Assembly: GCF_964355755.1 (NCBI RefSeq)
Contig: NC_092679.1
Coordinates: forward strand, 24,225,432-24,289,431
Length of the DNA: 64,000 nt
Source: Antedon mediterranea
Taxonomy: Eukaryota > Animalia > Echinodermata
Direction of reading: 5' to 3'
Below the pieces are notes generated by a model. That model had not been told where the DNA came from, did not search any database, and saw only the letters and a program-made list of their open reading frames with translations. Shown piece after piece: positions 55,401 through 64,000 of the stretch (position 1 is the stretch's first letter; every line of letters begins with the position of its first letter). The translations under genes were made by a program, and so were the position numbers.

Positions 55401-58400
55401 GTCAATTTATAACATTAATTTTACTGGTATCGTCTAAACTAATTTACACAAGCAGTGATATATATCTACTATTTATTATATCTATAATATGCTTTTTCGT
55501 GATTGTGTGTTGCAGTCCGGTGCATTGGTATTGGTTTATAAAGATGGAAGTGTACTACTGACACATGGTGGAGTTGAAATGGGTCAAGGGTTACACACGA
55601 AAATGATTCAAGTAGCCAGTCAGACACTAGGAATTCCAACTCAAAAGATATATATTAATGAAACGTCAACATCAACAGTACCAAACACTTCACCTTCCGC
55701 AGCTAGTGCTACTTCCGATTTGAATGGAATGGCAATTAAGGTAAGAATTATTATACATTTGAAATGTTAAAATCAGATTTGTTTTTTACCAAATTCATAC
55801 AATATTTCCATTTTTGTTTAAGAAGGGAAGAACATACGTTTTGTTGATTGTAATCTAACTTATAGTGTAATCAATGATTACAAACGAGTGGAGTCAATAA
55901 GAACAAGGCCGCCATATACATGGCTGCAGTCGCGTGCTCAATTAGTGTTTACCGACCGACCGACCACCCGACCGACATAGCTGTAGAGTTGCGTTGCACG
56001 CGATTAAAATTAAAAAGTAGCAGCGTTTAGTTTTTTCTGATTATGAGTCTGCCATCGTTAGAGGGCGTGATTCTGAAACATAATAGAATGAACGGAAATT
56101 TAAAGATTGCGATTAAAATATTTGCTAAAAAATGATACAATTACAGAAAAACTGTATTATAATGTTTCTAATATATAAATAAGTACATAGGCCTAATTCA
56201 CCACGAATTTTATGTAATTATATTTTTCCATTAGAACGCTTGCAAGAAAATTCTCGATCGTCTGAAACCATACGTCATCGAAAAGCCAAAGGCATCATGG
56301 GAAGACTGGGTAAGAAAAATATTCAGTTATTTTATGAACTTAGTAATATTGTCGAATGTGGTTTCTTTACTGTTTATTATTGCATATCGTCTTAAAATGA
56401 ACAAAACAAAAAGAACATTATAATTTAATTGCCTTCATCCTTATGGATGGTGGATCAGAAGAGTAATATTGAAAAATTCTTTCGTATTATACTGTAAAGT
56501 TTTCGATTTTTAAAATCATCTAATCATCTATGCCCATTAAAAGTCTTGAGTTTCAAAGCTCTTAGGTCTGTTGTCTTTTATATTACTTGATCAGTTGTTG
56601 TTGTTAGTTCCATGTTGATCACGAATGTAAATATTATGTGTGTATTGTTTTGCTTGTGTTTTTTTGCTGCCAAGAAAATACTATGTATTAATTACTGCTA
56701 TGCATCTATTTATTTCAAATAGATAACTAAATATTATTAATTTTGTTTCAGATAAAAGCTGCCTACTTTGATAGAGTTAGTCTTTCAGCAACTGGTTTTT
56801 ACATGTAAGGTATTTTTTTAAATTAATTTTGTAGTTTGACAAATATGAATATTCTTGAGAGAAGATAAGTTGGAAAAAAGGGAGTTTTATCTGAATATTA
56901 TTAAATTGTTCAAAACACTAACATTATAAATTTAAAAATAAAAACTCGATCAAACACATTTATTTAGTGTCCAAAATGTTTCTGGTGATTTGTCTGAATG
57001 TATGAGTGTTATTGTTACGTATATTGTTGGCAAATACTGATTTTCTTTTGCAATTTACCAACCTACTTTTTAAAATTAATTAATTTATTACTGTAGTCAG
57101 GATTTACAATAAATTTAAATCAGTACAGTAGTTATAAAACGATTCTCATATAAAACGTTTCTCTTACACACGTCTCGTTTTAGGACACCTGATATCGGAT
57201 ATGACTGGGATACAAACACCGGTACACCATTTAATTATTTTACATTCGGGGCGGCTGTATCTGAAGTTGAAATTGATTGCTTAACTGGAGATCACGTGGT
57301 TCTGAGAACAGACATTGTAATGGATGTAGGCGACAGTATCAATCCAGCAATTGATATCGGCCAGGTAGTAAATCCAGAATCATTATCTCGCTTTTGCCAT
57401 GTATCGTCATGACTTAATAAGAATTGAAAAATGCTGGTCTGAAATGCCTAGAATAACGTGGTTTGGGTGACGCAGTCTTCTAAAGACAAAACAAAATAAG
57501 TACGCGTCTCACTAGATAAGATTGTCGTAGGCCTATCATTTAATTTTTTTAGGGAAATATATATTTTTGTATTTCAACATAATGTTTCTGCGTTGGCATC
57601 CTATGGAAATGTATTGCTTAAAGCTGGACAAGCTATTGCTATAGTTTAAATTTCCTGTATGAATGGTGTATATGAGTTCAGAATCTTCACAGTTTTGGAT
57701 TTGAAACATTAAATGTCAACTGATGGTCGCGATCATGTATTCATTGGAATTGTATATATTCCATTGGCTAAATATTTCCGTTTTATATTAATAAAAACAC
57801 ACGGACTTTACTTTCTGATAATGATTTGTATTTTCCAGATCGAAGGCGGCTTTATACAAGGATATGGACTTTTCACGTTGGAAGAGCACCGATGGAGTCC
57901 TTCTGGACAGTTGCTGACCAAGGGTCCCGGATTTTACAAAATACCAGGTTTCACGGATATTCCAGTTGAATTTAACGTCAGCCTTCTAGCAGGTGTGCCG
58001 AATAAAAGAGCTGTCTGTTCATCCAAAGTAATTAATACAATAATCATTTGACCTAACAATGTCATTTTACGAATCATGTAACTACTTCGAACAAAATGAA
58101 TTGGATCTAATTTAATATCGATTACGTTTGCTTTGGTTATAGGCAATTGGCGAACCACCTCTTTTTTTAGCATCTTCTGTTTTCTACGCTATAAAGGAGG
58201 CTGTTTGTTCAGCTAGACAAGATGCTGGAATTGAGGGTGTATTCCGCATGGACAGTCCAGCTACTGCCGAGAGAATCAGAATGGCATGCGCCGATAAAAT
58301 AACTAAAAAGGTAAGATACACATTGGGCCTATTAGTCACAACGTTTACAAGAGCGTAATAAGTTTGGCCGGGGAAGGTGCAAATCTTTAGAAGATAAACT

Positions 58401-58734
58401 AAATTGTAACAATACGACATAGGGCATTGGTCAGACATCGGGACCATAGTTTTAGGTGTTTTTACAGTGTACTTCGCCTTCAGATTATCAGGTCTTTTCA
58501 TCTCTCTATGATGGTCTCTTGTTTCATTTACCTGTGCTTTTGCTTGAAGTGAATTTGTTGTTTACTGTTTGTTTATTGTAATATTTGGAAAGTGTTTTGG
58601 AACTAATTTTGATCAAATCACAATTAACACATTTTTAAAAATCATAAGTTAACGCTTAAAACAATGTATTGTTTAAATTTCAGTTTCCATCCGCTGAACC
58701 TGGTACTTTCAAACCTTTCTTCGTCAGAGCATAA
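34462..58734 (+). CDS. XDH: Xanthine dehydrogenase/oxidase (molybdo-flavoenzyme), ~32 exons, apparently intact
   Basis: Exons: 34462-34506, 38772-38829, 41537-41633 ([14 protein letters not shown]), 41808-41916, 43855-44043 ([17 protein letters not shown]), 44369-44527, 45751-45834, 46113-46254, 47264-47431, 48274-48350, 48719-48815, 49336-49445 (FFTGYRK), 49692-49870 (RRDDDIA), 50168-50336, 50467-50550, 50997-51114, 51777-51828, 51947-52073, 52575-52694, 53032-53250 (QEHFYLE), 53340-53473 (GGGFGGKE), 53590-53764, 54001-54192 ([12 protein letters not shown]), 54394-54539, 55087-55168 (FGIAFT), 55516-55740, 56235-56309, 56752-56804, 57184-57364, 57839-58027, 58143-58310 (GEPP), 58684-58734. 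Residues equivalent to bovine XOR Glu802, Arg880, Phe914, Phe1009, Glu1261 and the NAD-linked Tyr393/Asp429 are present, which favours XDH over aldehyde oxidase. Confidence 0.96.
34830..38399. repeat. 46/47-bp tandem satellite (~76 units) in XDH intron 1
   Basis: Unit aaacatggaaagcaggggataaccc(t)ttaagcccaaaggcttgttgt, with a variant subtype containing ttaagcttaacggc. Confidence 0.98.
38830..41536 (+). other. U12-type (minor spliceosome) GT-AG intron 2 of XDH
   Basis: 5' site GTATCCTTT at 38830. Branch-like TTTCTTAAC at 41515-41523 ends 13 nt before the acceptor (AAG at 41536), with no polypyrimidine tract. The reading frame rejoins as K-L-R-L-T-G-S-K. Confidence 0.93.
39619..39661. mobile_element. 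43-bp perfect palindromic micro-insertion with 7-bp target-site duplication
   Basis: catggaggaaaaaataataat-a-attattattttttcctccatg is flanked on both sides by gttacac (39612-39618, 39662-39668). Confidence 0.8.
41873..42400 (+). repeat. 72-bp tandem repeat spanning the XDH exon 4/intron 4 junction (7 full units plus a partial one)
   Basis: Unit tagaaggtattggga(a/t)cactaaagatggtttacatccagtacag|gtaggaacataatagaatg(a/g)caatgca(a/g). Donor copies lie at 41917, 41989, 42061, 42133, 42205, 42277 and 42349. Confidence 0.97.
44570..45651. mobile_element. Non-autonomous DNA transposon (hAT-like termini), ~1.08 kb, in XDH intron 6
   Basis: TIRs cagggccgtagccagg (44570) and cctggctacgggcctg (ends 45651), with subterminal G/C tracts. 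No clear 8-bp TSD (only caac on both sides), so the superfamily is uncertain. Confidence 0.8.
50670..50818 (-). mobile_element. Diverged copy of the Deu-type SINE family
   Basis: The minus strand reads gagtcttctcggataagaactacataccataggtccgtgtgcactttcaagaacccag, which aligns with 62528-62603. Confidence 0.7.
52802..52925. repeat. 63-bp direct tandem duplication (2 copies), intronic
   Basis: tggtgtgtacaaatatggtagtgatatgccgtcatcgtgtcca...gggcacattatagtt occurs at 52802 and 52865. Confidence 0.9.
55902..56009 (-). mobile_element. HINE/DINE-1-like element, copy 3
   Basis: Same sequence as 29431-29555 with small indels. Confidence 0.75.
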
Positions 58735-59952
58735 TGCTCAAAGATGCTGTTTAAATAATATCATTAAAAACTATTTTATGAAGTAAATTCTTGTGGAATA
58801 GGTGTTTAAGGATGCATTAAATAAATAAATATCTACGTATTGTTAGCTGAGGTGGTGTGGTATAGTACCGTAACCCCATAGCTACAGCATTATGGTTGTT
58901 GGCAAATTATATCAGTATTAAATATTACAACACTATGTATTTAGCCTGTTAGTATTTACATGTTAAAGAGATTAGAGACTATATAAACAGTAAAATGAAA
59001 ATAATATATCATTAGGGTCACATACGGTAACTATTTAAATATTGTGTAAATAAAATATTCATTTTATAGTATGTTAAATGTTAAAGAGACTAATAGACAT
59101 TAATAATTATTATATAGGCCTATGATTTTATATAAGTAGAACAAAACTAATAATTACATCGATATTTAATGGCATTATAGAACTTGTCAAAAACAATTTA
59201 TGCAAACAAATATTGTGCCAACAATAGGGATGAACTACTTAAATTCAATAAATTTAAGTTATTAGTTTTAGATGATAGTCATACGGGTAGTAGGCCTATA
59301 ACAAAAATATAAGTAAAAATAATATTATATATATATATATATATATTATACTATTGAAACTATAAACTGAAAAAATAAATTGTGAGAAGGATGAGAAAAC
59401 ATGGCTCAATTGTGAGTGAGAAAAACATTTATCTGTAGTACGCATGCGCAATATACAACCGCCAAAAAATTGGCCGAAATTTATAAAGGCGGAGTTTTTG
59501 GTTAATTTTGTTAGTTATCATAAAGCTTAATATACATACATTAATACATTAATGAATGCTAGAGGACGGTCTTGGATAGATATTTACATTTACTAGCTGG
59601 TTTGGTTTATTTCCTGCAAAAATCACCTATTCCATTTAACCGGCCTAGCCTAGTTAAAATTGAACGAAATGTTGAAGTCAAGTTAATACCGATGTGAAGC
59701 AGTTGTAAGGATTAAACTACAAATATGTTTGATGATCCAAAAGTTTAAAAAAATCCTAAAAAAACTCTAAAAATCTATTATCGCCTTTTTTTAGTTGGAA
59801 TTGAGTACTGCATTTGTAACATTTTTGTGTAGAATCAACGTTAGTGAAATTTCTATAGCGCCCTCTATATTTGTATTTAGATTATATTATTGCCAATTCG
59901 TCTTCGAAACATAATTATATCAACACAAAATCATATAATAGAAAGTAATTTT

Positions 59953-60176
59953 AACAAGGCCATATACATGGCTCCCGTCGCGTAGTGAGCAGCAAGCAGT
60001 ATTAAATGTTTAATATCGTCAAAACCGTCACAATTTGCAGGGGGCTTCTTCCTCATACTCCTTTGTTGGCCCCAACAAATGGCTGTTTGTTTCGCACGTA
60101 CGGCCGCCCCGTCGGGGAATTCGCACCACCACTGCTAGTGAGCATCTGTAGAGTCACGTTTTCCCGCGGCTAAAAA
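59953..60176 (-). mobile_element. Longer relative of the HINE-like family (shared ends, different interior)
   Basis: Begins aacaaggccatatacatggct and ends ctgtagagtcacgttttcccgcggctaaaa, matching both ends of the short copies. Confidence 0.55.
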
Positions 60177-60357
60177 TGTGTCTAGATCAGCGCTGCAATT
60201 TATAGGCTTATTTATGATGCAAGAAAGAGAAACATATCGAACAACAATGGAAGAACCTTTTTGTTGATGAACTATGCTTGATAGTACATATTTTTTTTTA
60301 AATACTGTACCAAAAATACACCACCAACTAATGTTAATCAATAAAATAATTAACAGA

Positions 60358-60455
60358 GAGGGCAGTATTATTGATTCTGAATGGAATATTTTAAACGAAT
60401 ACGAGAGCGGGCAGTATTATTTGTTCTAAATGGAATATTTGAAACGAATACGAGA
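60358..60455. repeat. ~51-bp imperfect direct duplication
   Basis: gggcagtattatt...atggaatattt.aaacgaatacgaga occurs twice in tandem. Confidence 0.75.
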
Positions 60456-62274
60456 AGTACGAGGTTCCATATTGATGTTTAATAGCGCCACCAATAATGA
60501 TGGTGGGCAACGTTTCCTCTTTTTTTATGCAAATTATATTGTAAATGGCTTGAAAAGGGTTGCCATTTGGAAAATGATAGACCTTAATGTATGCATGTAG
60601 CGGTCATTTTGCAATTGAAAAAAAAAACTTATTAGTACAGTTTGTACTACAGTACTAGCCTTGTACTGGTACTAATTTGTAGTAAATATTTATATCTGAG
60701 CTGTGTAGTAAAATTGTACATGGTAGGTTTAATTAATAGTATAATTAGCTTCACATCATGCATTATACTACATAGGCAGGCTGAAGTTTAGCTTGCTTGC
60801 TGGCGGTCCGAGTCGTCGACAAAGCGGGTAAAAATAACGGAATTTACAAATGACGTTCACCTTCATTCACAATTTATTTAATTTATTTATACTTACAAAA
60901 CAATGTTATTTTATATATCCATTGAATCATCAGTTTAGAAATAAAGTCTTAAACTTTCGTTAATATTTTAATAAATCCACCAAAAAAAAATGAGTACAGA
61001 AAAAATGAAAATATTGAGGGTAGGCCTATCTATGGAGAAAAATAAGCTAAAAGCTAAATAAAAACGATAAAGTAAAATAGCCATACAGTAGCCCTTCTCA
61101 AGTGTGATATTATTCCAGTTTCAAGAGTCGCGTGAGAAGTTGAGACATTAACCAAATAAGGCAATCTCAGACTGAATACAACATAAGCAGTCCAGCCACT
61201 TATGAAATCCAGAATTTTAAATTTACCGTAAGTTTTGTACAAGAATGAAAAATAAATATAACTTTTTGTTATAATTTATAAATACCAGTATCTAAAATCT
61301 TTGAATTCACTGAGTATGACCAAATAGCGTACATTGTAAATAATATTGGCACGTGAGTAGCATATGGACATTATCAAAGTGTCGTATCTTCCTATAAACT
61401 TATACAGTCTGTTATCGTGTAAAATGATTAGGCCCAAGTGTGTAGCAATATGCTAACATTCAGACATGTAGAGAGACGTGTAAATGCATATATAGGCAAA
61501 GACACGGTATACAAGAAAACAAATACACAAACCACACGGTAGGCCTGGCCTATGTAATTTTAGTGGCCATGTTACATGTGCCAATTTGGTGTTTTCGATA
61601 GAATAAATTATCATAAGCTTGAGAAAGCACCGCCAATGATGCTTCTCGTTTACATTGACATGCAACCCATTTTTCAATTCAATGGGCTGCTGAATAGTGC
61701 TATTGATCGTCGTAAGGATGACCAGTCTCTGCTCTTTAAAACAAAATAGATAATACAGATAAATAACATTATTTACTAAATACAATCAAATAATTCAATT
61801 ACTCAGACAATGAAGAAATAATTTTTAATCAAGGAAATCACGTATATAGAAATGGGGTAGACCATCATGTATTTTTAGGAACATACAAATTATAATACAT
61901 TTGAGGGACGAACTAAAAGAAAAGTAAAGTATGTAGGCCTACTAGTGGAGAGGCGCTAAATGTTTATCGTAGTAGTGATAGTACGAGATTTAACAAACAA
62001 TTGAAATAAGTGTACGATAGAAAATAGTTATGATTTACGAGTATTATGACGAATTATCATGTGCTTTACTCAGTAGTAACTGATGTGCATGGTGGTCAGA
62101 CCCTTACTTCTTAAAGGATTGAAAGATTTGTTGTATAAAAGCCATGTAAATCACACAGATGGTCTTAAAATGTTAGTGCATTGCAATAAGAAAGCGGGCA
62201 TCTTTAGAGATCATTATTCTACTACAACTTGATCAAGGTTGTTGTCGATTTGGCAACCGAGAGAAAAAAAATCA

Positions 62275-63848
62275 ATGTCGCTCAAGGAAAACAATGTTTT
62301 GATTTTCTTTTGCAATGGGCAAAAGGTAAGCTTTGTTCTTGATTATTGTTTGCAAAGTGTTTGTAGATTATTGAATCTTCTGTATCTTTATTTATTATTT
62401 ATTTATTTATTTCTTTATTTATTGAATCTTTTGAGTGAGTGAGTTAAGACAGTGGAACCGTAATTACGTAGCCATAACATCGGCAGGGGTTCAAGGCACA
62501 CTCACTCCATGGTTCTGGTGGTAGAACGAGTCTTCTCGGATAAGGACTATAAACCGTAGGTCCAGTGTACACATCTAGCTCGTGTGCACTTTAAAGAACC
62601 TAGTACATCTTTCGAGAAGAGTAGGGGGTTACCCCGGTGTATTAGTACATCACAGCCACTGATCACCAACTGGGCCCTCTGGGAGACCAGTCTTTGACTG
62701 AAGAGGTTACCCAGTATAAATATATATTTCAATCAATCAATTCAATCAATCAATACCAAACCATACACTATACCGATAGAAAGTTTCTTTAGTCTTTTTA
62801 ATGAATCCAAAGGCTAATTACTGACAAATGATAATGTTGTGTGTATCTATGGGTGGATCACAATGGAGATAAAAATAAAATAGGCAAAACGATAAAAGTA
62901 AAGCAATCAGATTGCAGATCTTTTGGGCAATCATTTTTAAATAATACATAGTGTTTTTAAATATTGTAATTAATTATTTTTATATGAAACGTTTTATATA
63001 TTTTTGTACTATATTTTGAAAAGCACTCAAAATATTTTCCTATGTGGACGAAATAAAGTTATCAATCAATCAATCAATCAATCAATCAGTGAGAGTGAGA
63101 GTACTTGAAGAAGATTAAGAACCTAGGGCAGACAAGCGCTGCCCGAGTGGATTGGAATAAAAGAAAGTAGAACAAAGGAGGCATACGCTGATGAATAGAT
63201 GATGGAGAGAGTAAACTTGGTAGTAGATATAAACAATTTTTGTGTTAATAATGAAACTTGAATTTAGGATGTCAGTGGAATATTTTTACCGAACTAGGAA
63301 TATGTTCCTAATGTTAATTTCAAAAGGTTTTGCAGTTTTAAATAGTAATTCCGAGTGTTTTTCTTTGTCTTTGCGCAATTCGACATCTAAAACTATTTTA
63401 TCATAAATCCAGGAAATGACAACAAAGTTGTTAAATGTGTAAATCATGTAACTTGTGATAGTGTGAAGATCTGCTTTATTGAATTGCAGAAAGGAAAGTT
63501 ATTACAAGTTTTATAATAAGAGTAATTGAATGAAGAACACACAGGTTTTGTGTTATTGTAGGAGATGACTCTTTTAGAAGCTACAACACTTAATATTAAA
63601 AACAGCCTATTAGAAATGAAAGAAAAATGGTGTATTCGGATGATGGGGCCATTCTAATAGGATTACATAAGAAATTGATATATTTATTAAGCGCAAATGA
63701 ACAGTTTATGCAGCTGTTTTAACAAGTCACACAGACGGTTTGATCTAATATACACTTACAGACAATTGGCGAACATCTTTTATTTTTTAGATCACAGACG
63801 ATAATGTGGACCCTAACTTGACCCTACTAAGTTACCTGCGTCTAAAAT
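62275..63848 (+). CDS. Second XDH/aldehyde-oxidase-family gene, exons 1-2 (continues past the window)
   Basis: Exon 62275-62325 reads MSLKENNVLIFFCNGQK|gtaag. Exon 63791-63848 (58 nt) reads ITDDNVDPNLTLLSYLRLK followed by the U12 donor GTATCCTTT. Both are paralogous to [15 protein letters not shown] and [19 protein letters not shown] upstream. Confidence 0.92.
62432..62752 (+). mobile_element. tRNA-headed Deu/Nin-domain-type SINE with (TCAA)n tail
   Basis: The core ggataaggactataaaccgtaggtcc...gcactttaaagaacc...gaagagtagggggttaccccggtg resembles the Deu-domain consensus as I recall it. There is a B-box-like ggttcaag upstream, a tcaatcaa tail, and a second copy at 50670-50818. Confidence 0.75.
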
Positions 63849-64000
63849 GTATCCTTTTAAACAACTTGACGGCTAATCATTTTGCATGGAAACAACAATG
63901 ACCAACTTAGCTTTGGAGTATTACAACAAAACATGTTCGTGTATGACTTGACGTACACCGATAAATAATAATAGACCAATTAACTGTCATACTTGATCGG

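Noticed and set aside
63061-63760. Possible decayed LINE on the minus strand ending in the (ATCA)n microsatellite
   Set aside because: I could not recover a convincing RT or C-terminal motif by eye; a Dfam/tblastn search would be needed.

Overview
This is AT-rich, intron-rich animal DNA, probably from an invertebrate deuterostome such as an echinoderm (an inference from the SINE type and gene content). It is not prokaryotic, and most entries in the ORF track are exon fragments or repeat artefacts. Left to right: (1) a ~6.27 kb array of 56-bp units that, on the minus strand, are amplified copies of a signal-peptide exon end plus its splice donor; (2) a 6-exon minus-strand gene for a secreted F-type-lectin-like / LamG-pentraxin-like / PAN-apple protein; (3) a 20-exon plus-strand gene for a ~2470-codon type I membrane protein (EMI, EGFs, 2 Sushi, large unknown coiled-coil/Cys-rich region, 2 Ig, Cys-rich repeat, TM, Tyr-motif tail) with one in-frame TAG inside a 4-kb exon; (4) a complete ~32-exon xanthine dehydrogenase gene with a U12-type intron 2, a 47-bp intronic satellite and a tandemly amplified exon-4 donor; (5) the first two exons of a tandem XDH/AOX paralogue. 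The window also holds LINE fragments, Deu-type SINEs, HINE-like elements, MITEs and a strong excess of the palindrome TAGGCCTA. Exon boundaries were read by hand from splice signals and phase continuity; domain names come from motif recognition, not database searches.
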